Position numbers and translations under genes: made by a program. A stretch of DNA of 64,000 bases from Paraspadella gotoi (lineage: Eukaryota; Animalia; Chaetognatha), in NCBI GenBank assembly GCA_051294375.1, contig CM119269.1, positions 5,281,609 through 5,345,608 of the forward strand, in the 5' to 3' direction. Every line of letters begins with the position of its first letter. Within the stretch, counting starts at the first letter, position 1. Shown here piece by piece: positions 35,036 through 47,014 of the stretch. The notes below the pieces were generated by a model that saw only the letters and a program-made list of their open reading frames with translations, was not told where the DNA came from and made no database searches.

Positions 35036-35096
<61 letters not shown>

Positions 35097-35714
35097 TTCC
35101 TTCTCTCTCTCTCTCTCTCTCTCTCTTTTCTCTCTCTGGCATGGAAAATTGAGGTGGGGGGAGGTCCCCTGTCTTTGGTTTAGTTTCCGCCCCATTAACT
35201 TACCCAACGCATTCCCCGTTTCGTCCCCAACCCACCCTTAACTCTTTCTTAAATGAATTTCCCGTCGCAATTGGATTTCTTTCCTTCTACCTCCTTCCTC
35301 CTTCCATCTCCTACTATTTTTCTTTCTTCCTTCCATCTCCTTCTATTTTCTTTCTTCCTTCCATCTCCTTCTTTTTTCTCTTCCTCTTCTTTCTTCCTTT
35401 CCTTTCTTTTTCTTCTTCCTCGTTCTCCTTCATTCCTTTCCTTTTTTTCGTCTGACCTCTCGCTCCGATGGTTCGCCACAGGCCCACAACCCAACCAAAT
35501 GTCTCTATATAATTAAATTCATAGAAATAACATTTAAGATAAATAAATCTACAACTATGAACGATAATTAACGAATCTCAACTATCATTTGCGTCGCCTG
35601 GGATCCTTTGTCTCCCTCACCCACCTCACCCTCACCCTACCTCCCTCACACCGCAGCTCTGACCCAAACCCAAACTACCCCCTAACCTTCCCTAAACCAC
35701 CTTCCACTCTCCAC

Positions 35715-36310
35715 CGCAGTCTCCCCTTACCCCCAACGCCCCTCAACCCAGTCTCTCCTTACCCAACCCCTCAACCATCTCCCTTACCCCAACCCCTCAA
35801 CCCAGTCCTCCCTTACCCAAACCCCCTCAACCCAGTCTCCCTTACCCCACCCCCCTCACCCAGTCTCCTTACCCACCCCCTCAACCCAGTCTCCCTTACC
35901 CCAACCCCTCAACCCAGTCTCCCTTACCACAACCCCCTACGCAGTCTCCCTTACCAACCCCCTCAACCCAGTCTCCCTACCCAACCCCTCTCAACCCAGT
36001 CTCCCACAGTTCCCCAACCCCCTCAACCAGTCTCCCTTACCCCAACCCCCTCAACCCAGTCTCCTTACCCAACCCCTCAACCCAGTCTCCCTTACCGCCA
36101 ACCCCTCAACCCAGTCTCCCTTAACCCAACCCCCTCACCCAGTCTCCCTTACCCCCAACCCCTCAACCAGTCTCCCTTAACCACCCCCTCAAACGCAGTC
36201 TCCCTTACCCAACCCCTCAACCCAGTCTCCTTACCCAACCCCCTCAACCCAGTCTCCCTTAACCCAACCCCTCAACGCAGTCCTCCCTTACCCAACCCCC
36301 TCAACCCCGC
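35715..36310. repeat. ~28-bp C-rich minisatellite (CCCCTCAACCCAGTCTCCCTTACCCCAA)n
   Basis: About 20 imperfect units; source of the spurious Pro-rich ORF 35589-36344. Confidence 0.9.
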
Positions 36311-36512
36311 CTCACGGTCGAACGTATTAACGTCTCGAATTTGATGGCAAACGAGGTTTTTTTTTTTTTTTTTTTTTTCCTTTTTTTGTCTTTCCTTTTA
36401 TTCGATTCTCTTTCTTCCCTCGTTTTTCGTTTTTTGAGGCGGCTTATTTTATCTTATTTAAGCTTAGTTAAACTTGTTTAAAGGCCCAACGTTTATTCTC
36501 TCTCTCTCTCAA

Positions 36513-36545
<33 letters not shown>

Positions 36546-37434
36546 TCCTATCTTCTTGTCTTCGGCGAAAGATTGTAAATCCTATTAATTAATTTTAAGC
36601 CCGGGAGGCTCATCTTTTATTCTTTGTCTTATTCTTCTTCTTTTTTTTCTTTTTTTTGACTGAGCGGTTGTGTTCCTAGTACAAGAAAACTCATAGCATT
36701 AAGGTCATATCATATATATTATTCATGTTCTCCTTAAAGTGATTTGTTTTTCATGCAATCCACATTTGGCTTTTACAATTTTCTACATCGATCTTTGTAT
36801 TATTCGGAATATCCTTTTTTTCTCATTTCCATCTTTTTCTATTTTGTTTTCTTCTTTAATGATACACTATAATTTTAAATAATACTATTTTTTTTCTATT
36901 TTTTCTTCCCTCCTCTTGCTTAACTTTCTCACTCTTCCCACGAGAAGGAAAGAAATTCTTTGAGAGGAAAAACTAAATAACCATTTTCTCGCACAAAATA
37001 ACACGTTCAATAGAGATGGCGACAGAGAAATCCCTACCAGATAATTTGCGCTATTTAAGATCCCTTTTTTTTCTTTCTTTCTTTCTTTCTTTATTTTTTT
37101 TATCTTTTTTGTCTTTCACTAGTGTTTTATCCTCGCTCATTCCTCCCATTTCCTTCTTCCCTCCCTTTCCTCCCTTTCCTTCCTTCTTACCCTTGCTCCT
37201 TCTCTCTTTTCCTTCTTTTTTCTCTTTTCTTTATTCCTCCCTTCCCTTCTTCTCTCCCTTCCCTTCTTCCCTCCCTTCCCTTCCCTTGCTTCCCTTCCCT
37301 TGTCCCTTTCTTCCTCCCTTTTTCCATTTCTTTCCCTACCCTTTCCCTTCTTCCCTCCCTTCCCGTTCTTCCCTCCGCATTCCCTTCTTCCTTCCTTTCC
37401 TATCTCCCTCCTCTCCTTCTTCTCTCCGACCGTA

Positions 37435-38028
37435 TTTTTTCGTGTTGTCTGTCGCCGCCCTGAGGGAAATCCTCATCAATTTCTAAGTGCTTTTTCATAA
37501 ATTCCTTGCTCCCTTTTCATTCCTCCTGTCATCTCCTCTTTTCTCCGTCTCCCTCTCATATCGTTCCATCTCGCTCTCAAACGTCTTAGCTTTCCTAACG
37601 GTTTTTTTCCCCCCCTCGCCTAATTGTGTCTTCTCTTTTTTTCTTAATCAATTTACCCAATTCCTACCTTTTCTTTTGCTTCATCTTTATTCTTTCCCCT
37701 CGTTATTTTTCTCTTTCCCGATTCCTACCTATTCCTACCGTCTCATTTAAAAATTCCTTCATAACTGACCCCTTTTAATATACCTTATCCTACTCGGCTT
37801 TCCTCCCTTCATCTTACCTTTCCAGAACTTCATCACTCTAACCTTTTCCTCTCGTTCTAACTTCTTTCCTAGACTAAAAAAAAATGTTATTACTAATCAG
37901 GAAATTTCTCCATCTTTTCTTTGCTATCTTATTATCCACTGTTCATGTATTATTTAATGGCGGGAAAGTTTCTTTTCATTTTGTTTGAGAGACAGAAATA
38001 CGCAAGGCGAAAACCGATCTTTTTGACG

Positions 38029-38063
<35 letters not shown>

Positions 38064-38093
38064 CGAGAGAAGAGAGTAGAGAGAAGAGAGAGA

Positions 38094-38135
<42 letters not shown>

Positions 38136-38288
38136 GAGAGAGAGAAGAGAGGAGAGAAAGAAGAAATGGAAAGACAGGAGTAATATTTCAATGGTTCAAG
38201 TAAAAAAATGTTTTTTTATATTTTAAAGTGTCATTGTACGTTACTTTCTTGTCTCTATCTCTCCTCTCTCTCTCTCTCTCTTCTCTAC

Positions 38289-38325
<37 letters not shown>

Positions 38326-38419
38326 TCTTCTTCTTCTTCTGTCTCTTCCTTCTTCTATCTTCTTCTCTCTCCCTTTCCTCTCTCTTACTCTCGTCTTCTT
38401 CTTCTTCTTTCTTCTTCGT

Positions 38420-38464
<45 letters not shown>

Positions 38465-39107
38465 TCTCTCCCCCTCCTTCTTCTCTCTCTCTCTCCTATT
38501 TTTCTCCCCCTAAACGTCGAAAATTGGAATTTATGCCAATGAGCATTTTTTTTCTTTCTTTTTGCTGGCTTTTAAGGAACAACTCTCTCTGCCTNNNNNN
38601 NNNNNNNNNNNNNNNNNNNGCGTTTTTCGTGTTGTCGTCGCCCCTGAGGGAAATCCTCATCAATTCTAAGTGCTTTTCATAATCGCTCCCTTTTCTTTCC
38701 TCCTTCTCTCCCTTTTCTCCGTCTCCCTCTCTATCGTTCCATCTCGCTCTCAAACGTCTTACTTTCCTAACGGTTTTTTTCCCCCCCTCGCTATTTGTCT
38801 TCTCTTTTTTTCTATCAATTTCCCAATTCCTACCTTTTCTTTTGCTCATTTTTATTCTTCCCTCGTTTTTTTTCTCTTCCCGTTCCTACCATTCCTACCG
38901 TCTCATTAAAAATTCCTTCATAACTTCCCCTTTTAATACCTTCCTACTCGGCTTTCCTCCCTTCATCTTCCTCCAGAACTCATCACTCTACCTTTCCTCT
39001 CGTCTCTTCTTTCCTAGACTAAAAAAAAATGTTTTCTAATCAGAAATTCTCCATCTTTTCTTTGTTCTATTATCCACTTTCATTATTTTTAATGGCGCCT
39101 CTCCTCT

Positions 39108-39145
<38 letters not shown>

Positions 39146-39377
39146 TCTTCTTCTTCTTCTTCTTTCCTTTCTTCTTCTTCTTCTCTCTTCTTCTCTCTCC
39201 CTTTCCCCTCTACTCTTCTCTCTCTCTCTCTTCTTCTTCTTCTTCTCCTCTTCTTTCTTTCTTCTTCTTCTCCCTCTTCTTCTCTCNNNNNNNNNNNNNN
39301 NNNNNNNNNNNGGAAAGTTTCTTTTCATTTTGTTTGAGAGACAGAAATACGCAAGGCGAAAACCGATCTTTTTGACG

Positions 39378-39412
<35 letters not shown>

Positions 39413-39444
39413 CGAGAGAAGAGAGTAGAGAGAAGAGAGAGAAT

Positions 39445-39481
<37 letters not shown>

Positions 39482-39605
39482 GAGAAGAGAGAAAGAGGAC
39501 AGAGAGAAGAAATGGAAAGACAGGATAATATTTCAAGGTTCAAGTAAAAATGTTTTTATATTTTAAGTGTCATTGTACGTTACTTTCTGTGTCTCTCACT
39601 CTCTC

Positions 39606-39665
<60 letters not shown>

Positions 39666-39918
39666 TCTTCTTCTTCTTCTTCTCTTCTTCTTCTTCTTCT
39701 TCTCTCTCCCTTTCCCTCTCTCTTCTCTCTCTTCTCTCTTCTTCTTCTTCTTCTTCTTCTTCTTCTTCTTTCTTCTTCTTCTTCTTCTTCTTCTCTCTCC
39801 CCCTCCTCTCTCTCTCTCTCTCCTATTTTTCCCCCTAAACGTCGAAAATTGGAATTTATGCCAATGAGCATTTTTTTTCTTTCTTTTTGCTGGCTTTTAA
39901 GGAACAACTCTCTCTGCC
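37435..39918. repeat. ~1.2-kb tandem duplication across a 25-N gap (probable assembly artefact)
   Basis: 37435-38594 matches 38622-39918, differing mainly by indels. Confidence 0.85.
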
Positions 39919-40493
39919 TCTCTCTCCCCCTCTCTCTCTCTCTCTCTCCTATTTTCTCCCCCTAAACGTCGAAAATTGAATTTATGCAAATGAGATTTTT
40001 TTTCTTTCTTTTGCGGCTTTTAAGGTTACATGATCGCGGAAGAAGACGACGACGAAGATGAAGGATGTAACTCGGACTGGGCGGAGACGCGAGTCTGAGG
40101 GATGTAATATGAATCGACATGTGGGAAGAAAAAAACTTGATTCAAAACAACAACAAAAATCAAATCCTCGTTTTAATAAAAAAAAAGGAAATGAAAAGAA
40201 AAATTTTTGAATTTCGTTTGTTCTCACCTACTGGAATTTAAAAAAAAAAAAATTTAAATATCGTTCGTCAATGTCTTTACAACAAAGTTTGAACGAAAGC
40301 AAAAATAAAAAACAAATAAAAACAGCAAAAAAAAACAAGAAAACCAAAACCAAAAGTTTCCCGCTAAAAAAAACCAAGATAGAATCCAGAGGGGGAAAAA
40401 ACGCGACGAAAAAAAGGAGGGAAAAAAAAAGAAGATCGCAGGACCAAATTCTTCGTCCGCCAGTCGACTTCGCTTTCCGTGACGTCGCTTCTT

Positions 40494-40711
40494 TACAACA
40501 TGTCATAACTGACATCAGCGATGACAATGTACAATAAAAATGACATCTACAACCTGTCATAACTGACTTCAGCGATGACAATGAACGATAAAAATGACTT
40601 CTACAACCTGTCTTAACTGACATCGGCGATGACAATGAACGATAAAAATGACATCTACAACATGTCATAACTGACATCGGAAATGACTATGAACAATAAA
40701 AATGACATCTA
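40494..40711. repeat. 54-bp tandem repeat, ~4 units
   Basis: Units start at 40494, 40548, 40602 and 40656 (TACAAC.TGTCATAACTGACATC.GCGATGACAATGAACGATAAAAATGACATC). Confidence 0.9.
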
Positions 40712-40859
40712 AAACAGGAAAAGACAAGGCAAAATGTCTCACTCTTGTTTAAAAGTGCCATGAGTAATGAAGACGAAGACAATAAATGAAGAAAATGAGA
40801 TCTTGAGACCAAAATTAAGTCGACGACGCCGAGGGGCGACCGCGCTGACGACCTCGCAG

Positions 40860-40946
40860 CTGCGCGGCTGCGGCCTCCTGGCAGCACAGCGGCGACGACA
40901 GCAGCGGCCGCGGCGCCTTACGATGGCGACAGGAGAATCTGCCGAG
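40860..40946 (+). CDS. Candidate 87-nt internal exon
   Basis: ctgac branch + ctcgcag| ... |gtgaga; GC-rich; all three frames are open, so the frame is undetermined. Confidence 0.35.
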
Positions 40947-41648
40947 GTGAGAATCGGGAAAAACTAACGATGGGCGGGAGATGTTGACGGATTTGTTGTT
41001 TGTGGGAGTCGTTGATTGGTGAAATTGATTTTCGGCGTCGAGTCTGATTGCTTTCTTGCTTGCCTTTCTTGCTTGCCTTCTTTGCCTTGCCTTTTCTCGC
41101 TTGCCTTCTGGAAATATTCTCCATTTTATTTTTTCTTACTTTTTCTCGCGAAGAAATTGCTTCGATCAAAACAATCAAGTTTATAAGGTTATTTTTATTT
41201 AATTATACCGGAATATGGCATTAATTAGGGATAATGTTGATTATTATAATAATGATAATGATAATGATTAAGATAAAAAAATAATTATAAGGAGGGTGAC
41301 AGGTTATTCAACTCACTGTGTTACATTGCCAGTCCAAAGTCAGTACAAATTCTGTCCCAGTCAGTCCAAGTCATCCAAAGTCCCCTGAATGAGAATGCAT
41401 AATTTTAAATTTGTTTTTACCAAAAGACGAGGACGATTGACACCGATGATGATGACAATGATGACGATAATGATGATCGTGATGCTGATGATGATGATGA
41501 TACTGTGACTGATAAAACAAATCGATGATCACGGGGAAGGAGAAGGCGCTAATGACGGTGCTTGCGTTTGGCGTGGCTGAATTATAGCGATGCGTAATGA
41601 GAGAGAGAGAGAAAAGAGAGATGAGAGAGAGAGAGAGAGAGAGAGAGA

Positions 41649-41679
<31 letters not shown>

Positions 41680-41939
41680 AGAGCAAACAAAGACGGGAGA
41701 CAGCGAGCGGAATAAGAAGCCAAAACAGGCAAATGAAAGACGACCGCAGCGCCTCTTCTCCTTTTGCTCTTTTTTTTTTTTGTTCTTTTGTTTCTTTTTT
41801 GCTTTTTTTGTTTCCTTTTTTCAGTTCCCCTTCTTTACCTGCACATATTTTTTTTAACGTTTTCTACGATACGTTATTTGTTTTTTGTTTCTCTTATCCC
41901 CTCCCCTGAATCAAGTGATCATTTCTCTCTCTTCTCTCA

Positions 41940-41999
<60 letters not shown>

Positions 42000-42781
42000 C
42001 TTTTCCCTGATATTCCTCCCGTCGATGCCACAGAACTGTCAAGTTTCAGTTGCGCCGCTGGCATCAAATCTTATCCAACCAATGGAAGGAGAGGGAAAAA
42101 AAAGAAAAAGAAATAAAAAGAAGAAAAATGAGGGAAAAATAAAAGAAAGAGTAATAAAAAAAGAAAAGAAAAGAAATGAGGGCCAAAAGACAAACAATTT
42201 AAAAAATGAAACGTTCTCCATGAGAGAAGATTTTAAAAAAGTTTAAAGAAAATTAAGAAAGGAGTAAATAAAAAAATTTATAAAGAAAAAGAAAAAAGAA
42301 AGAAAAGAAAAAAAGAATACAGTAGAAAGAAAAAAAGAAAAAAATTGCGATTCGGCGAAAAAGTTTTTTTTTCTTTCTTACTTTCTTTTCTTCTTCTTCT
42401 TCTTCTTCTCTTCTTCTTCTTTCTTCTTCTTCTTTTCTTTCTTCTTCTATCTTTTATCGACACGAGAGGGGAGAATCAAGGCGAAGGGTTAAAGGCGGCG
42501 TTTCGCGCTTAGGAAATGAGAAGCATGACCCGGTATGCAGGGTTTAGGGGAAACGACGCATGGCTGAGTAGAAATTAGGCTCATAGAAGACAAAGAGTTT
42601 GCCTTGCGACGTTTCGGTCTTGTAGCAACAAACAATAATTTGAAGCAACATCGTCAACTGCTGCGCACGACAGACAACAACAACAACAACAACTTTCCGT
42701 TTCAGAGTCAGTCAGAAGAGGAGAGAGAGTAGAGAGATGCTAGATCGGAAAACGGGGAGAGAGGAGAGAGAGAGAGAGAGA

Positions 42782-42812
<31 letters not shown>

Positions 42813-43047
42813 GAGGGGGAGAAGAGAGAGAGAGAGAGAGGGAATGAGGAGTATGGGGGGAGAAAGAGGGGAGAGAGAAGATGCAAAAGGAAAACGAAAT
42901 GATGAGAGAAGGGGATAGGAGGAGAGAGAGAGAGAGAGAGAGAAGAGAGACGAAGACTAGAGAGAGAGAGAAGATTGACCTGAGGGAAATACAGAGATGT
43001 CTTTTTTTTCTCTCGGACAAGAGAGAGAGAGACGGAAAGATTTCTAA

Positions 43048-43330
43048 CCCGGGCAAATACACGAAGCCAGAGGGCCAGAGTGTCGGCCGAAACGTCGGGC
43101 ATCTTCCTCTCCCTCGTGACCCCCCCCCCACCACTGGTCGGTTCAATGAAGTCGTCTCTCGTCGGTTGTCCGGTCTCGAGAAAAAAAAAAATGGCGTCGG
43201 CCTTAAAAAGAAAAAATATGGCCGTCGGTTCTTACGACGGAGATAAATCAAAACAATTTTTGTGGGAAAAAAGAAAAAAAGAAGGAAATCAGAAGGCAGA
43301 AAAAAAGAGAGAGAGGTTGAGAAAATGAAG
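43048..43330 (+). repeat. Dispersed repeat; second copy at 48748-48921
   Basis: Shared ACGAAGCCAGAGGGCCAGAG.TGTCGG.CGAAACGTCGGGCATCTTCC and AAGAAGGAAATCA.AAGGCAGAAAAAAAGAGAGAG.TTGAGAAAATGAAG. Confidence 0.7.
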
Positions 43331-45484
43331 GGGAAAAAAAGCTTAAAGCATAAAGGATCAACCATGATGTAGTCATTCATTGATGCGAATTGATAGTCAT
43401 TTCTAATTCATCGTAAATAGAACAAACCAAATGCGTGTATGAGCTGAAAGAGAGAGAAGAGAGGGAGAAAGAGATGAGAGAGAGAGAGATGAGAAGAAGA
43501 GAGAGTAGAGCTGGACAGTTTCCCGCCAACTGAAACGAAATCAAAATTATTAGGGGAAAAAATCCACGGGAAAATCTTGGATGTAAAATTTGGGAATTTG
43601 TATTGAAGAAAAAAACCTGCGAATAATGGGATAATAAAAGTTTTCTAGAGAGGAAAAAAGAAGAGAGAGAAGAAAGAGCAGGAGAGGAAGAGAGATGAGA
43701 GAGAGAGAGAAAAGAGATGAGAGAACTGGACAGCCGCTTGGACCGCCGCTGACGCGCCGCTGCAGAGCTGAACATCTTTTCCGACGAACTCTTATCCTTT
43801 CTATAAAAAAAAAATTACAATATAATATTGGTATAGAGCAATAAAGAAATTTTTTGTACATTTGAAGAGTAAACTTAAAAAATGCAATAAATTTTCGTTG
43901 AGCATGTTCCCATACTAAATTTTTGATTCACACCCCAATTGAAGGGCTACCCCTATTCAGTAGAAAAAAATAACTTGTTAAACTAAACTCTTTTTCAATA
44001 ATAATGAATCCAAAAATTATAATCCCTATTAACAAAAACTTATATAGTTGAAAATCTCATGTATAACGACTATATATTTTTTGAACTTCCAAATATTTTT
44101 TTTTTTTTTTTCTATTTTCATTTTATTCTTATAAAAATATGTTTAATCTTGAATGAAATTTTTGATGTTCTTTTTTTAGGAAGAAACCAGACTCGAGGTT
44201 CAAATTTATATTTGCCATATTTTAATTTAATTTATAAATAGTTATCAACAACTCAATAATTATTATTTTAAAAAAAGAATAAAATGAATAAATATATATA
44301 CACTAAAAATATTTATAATTTAATAATAGTATAAATATCAGTAATAACAAAAAAAGTAATGTTTAATTTGACTATATCTCTCTATCAACGCTCCTATTTT
44401 AATTAATTTGCCATAGTGGCCAACCGGTTCAAAGTTAGCAATAATAAATAAATACAAATTTATTTTTTTTAAATGTAATGCATATTGTTCGCCGAATAGT
44501 GCTGATATATATATAAGTCACATTAGCTGATTTACATGTGACAATGCATAGTCAATATAAGTTATTTCTTCACTTTTTTTAAAATGTATCCACGAAAATC
44601 TCGATGTAATTTGGGATTTTGTATTGAGAAAAAAGCCCGAATAAAAGTTTTAGAAAAAAAAAACATAATCATAATTTTCAAAAAAAGAACGATCACGCAC
44701 AAGAGATCGTAAAGAGTAGAACAGAAAGAGAAAGAAGAAAGAGTGAGACAAAGAGAGACAAAGCTGGACAGCTGCTTGAGCCTGTACAGTCAGTGCAGAA
44801 ACTGAACTCGTTTTTTTTTTTTTTTTTTTTTTATTAATACCAAAAACATATTGACATATCAACTATAAAAAACTAATAAAATAATAATAAAATAAAATAA
44901 AATAAATAAAATAATAAAATAAAATAAAATAAATAAAATAAAAAAAATAAATAAAAAAATAGAAATAAAACAATAAAAGAATAAAAGAAATAAAAGAAAG
45001 GCAAAAAATGTTACAATGGTTTACAATTGGAAATTTTTCCAATTTTTTCCAATCGCAGCTTGTAAAAGATTTTATTTTTATTTGTATTAAATTAAGAATA
45101 TAGCTTCTCATTAAAAAAGTTATTTTGAGTTCCCATTTTATTAGAGATTTAAAAAAAAATTTTTGAATTTCATCTTCAATATTATATACTGCAATATGTA
45201 AATTAGATAAAGCATTTCTATATACTAATTTGGATATGATAATGATACTATAATCTCATTTGCAATAAGTAAATCAAATGAAGTGGAAATTCAAACAAAA
45301 AATACTTAAATCCAAATGTAATAAGAAAATATCAAAGCTATTTCAAGATAGAAGCCATATCTAAATTTTAACTTACTATGAATGCACACTTTTGTAAAAC
45401 TTTATCATAATTCATAATAATTTTTATTTAAAAAAAAACGGTAAGTCACAGCCAACCTATAAAAGCGTAGTAGTTTTTATTTAA

Positions 45485-45620
45485 AAGCTACGGACGCGAC
45501 GACGACCGACGACGACGACGACAGAACGACGGACGACGACGAGACGACGACGTCACAAAGAAGCTCACCCGAATCAATATCAAGCCTGAACCGGCTTCGC
45601 CGGTCATGGCTTGATAAAAA
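45485..45620 (-). mobile_element. 5' end of a third Helentron-like family with a strong hairpin
   Basis: Minus strand TTTTATCAAGCCATGACCGGCGAAGCCGGTTCAGGCTTGATATTG followed by GTC-type microsatellite. Confidence 0.45.
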
Positions 45621-46098
45621 AGGGGAAAGAAGAGAAAATATGAAGAGAGAAAGAAAGAATTAAAGAAAGATCGATTTAATAAAAAAAGATTGTTACCAAA
45701 AACGAATCATTGCCTTCATTATAAAAAATTGCCACACCGAAATTGTTGGTTCGGAATTCGGAGTTGGAAAGTCGTCCGCCCGAAGCGAGGGTCATAATTG
45801 AAGAGATTCTCTCTCTCTCTCCCTCTCTCTCTCTCCTCTCCTCTCCTCTCTCTCTCTCTCATTATCACTTCTCAATCAACTAAACTTTTACTTGATGAAG
45901 AAGCGTGAATCTTTTCTTGTTGAAGATAGAATGTAATTCTTTAAATATAATCTTTATTTGGTTTTTATTGGTGAAAAAAAAAACTGGTAAATTTTTTTCG
46001 GTGAAAATAAGTCAAACTCATGACTTAATTCCTAAAATAAATGAATTTCGAACCCTGATGTATATTAATACAGGTTGCGCAGTGCAGAGTTTAGTTAA

Positions 46099-46427
46099 AA
46101 CAAGAGCGGTAATTCAAATGTGTTGCGCCGCAGTGACTACCTTATCACTTGTGTTTCTAGTGATATGACATGACATGACATGGCATGACGACGTGACGTG
46201 ACATGACTATCATAACTTTCTTAGCCCGTGTATTTATGACATGCACTGCATCGGAATTTTGTCTTTAGTCTTTTATTTCCTGAAGTCGGCGCTAGAAGTC
46301 CCTTAGATTTGAGGTTCTTTCCTGCCTTAACAAATGATCAACCAACTATATGCAAGTTATGAGCATTTTTAACGTCAGAGGGACGACGGACGGACGGACG
46401 GACGAACGACGGACCGATAGATCGACC
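46099..46427 (-). mobile_element. Family B element, minus orientation
   Basis: AACAAG..GTGTTGCGCCGCAGT, (TGACA)n, (GACG)n; reverse-complement match to 25623-26002. Confidence 0.6.
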
Positions 46428-46431
46428 AACA

Positions 46432-46539
46432 TCTGATCTTTTTACGTCTGACAAAAAAGCATGGATTCGGGCACATTATTAATAATATCAAAATTGATAA
46501 TAATTCTAAGAATAATAATAATTATAATAATAATAATAA

Positions 46540-46626
<87 letters not shown>

Positions 46627-46700
46627 TAATAATCTAAATATCAGAACTCAAGAGCAATGATCTTAGCTTAGTGGCTGGCAAATTGGAATCGCGTTTATGT
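46432..46700 (+). repeat. Dispersed repeat with internal (AAT)n expansion; second copy at 54541-54712
   Basis: Shared ATATCAGAACTC.AGAGCAATGATCTTAGCTTAGTGG.CTGGCAAATTGGAATCGCGTTTATGT. Confidence 0.7.
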
Positions 46701-46852
46701 AAGAATCGACTGCTTCCATCTTCCATCTTTTATTCATTAAATCTCATCTTTTTTAAAAAAATTTCTATTCAAGCTGCTTGAACGCTTTTTGTCACGGATA
46801 TATCTTCACAAGTCGTTAATTCCCTTTTTTTCCCCCAATTTTTTCCCTCCGC

Positions 46853-46888
<36 letters not shown>

Positions 46889-46910
46889 TTCTCTCTCTCA
46901 TTTCTCTCAG

Positions 46911-47014
46911 ATGTTGCGACTTGTGACTCCAGTTTAGCAGATCACTCAGCAACAGCAGCAAACTCCAGCAGCTGCTGCCGACGCCCATCCAGGGATGCTG
47001 CGAAACAGGAATGA
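46911..47014 (+). CDS. Candidate terminal exon (DVATCDSSLADHSATAANSSSCCRRPSRDAAKQE*)
   Basis: Long pyrimidine tract + ctcag|. Only the phase-1 frame stays open, it is phase-compatible with 40860-40946, and there is an AATAAA near 47285. Confidence 0.3.

Noticed and set aside
34659-35516. Leu/Ser/Phe-rich 'membrane' and Arg/Glu-rich ORFs here and throughout
   Set aside because: Translations of (CT/GA)n and (CTT)n microsatellites
35589-36344. 251-aa Pro-rich ORF (extensin/mucin-like)
   Set aside because: Translation of a ~28-bp minisatellite whose unit is not a multiple of 3; no ATG start
40494-40711. Regular repeats resembling a CRISPR array (also 55355-55490 and 58185-58515)
   Set aside because: Contiguous tandem units with no unique spacers, no cas genes, eukaryotic context
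43060-43105. Possible Penelope-type hammerhead ribozyme (GGCC-loop-GGCC-GAAACGTCG; also 48760-48800 and 42605-42625)
   Set aside because: The required CUGANGA core is absent before stem II
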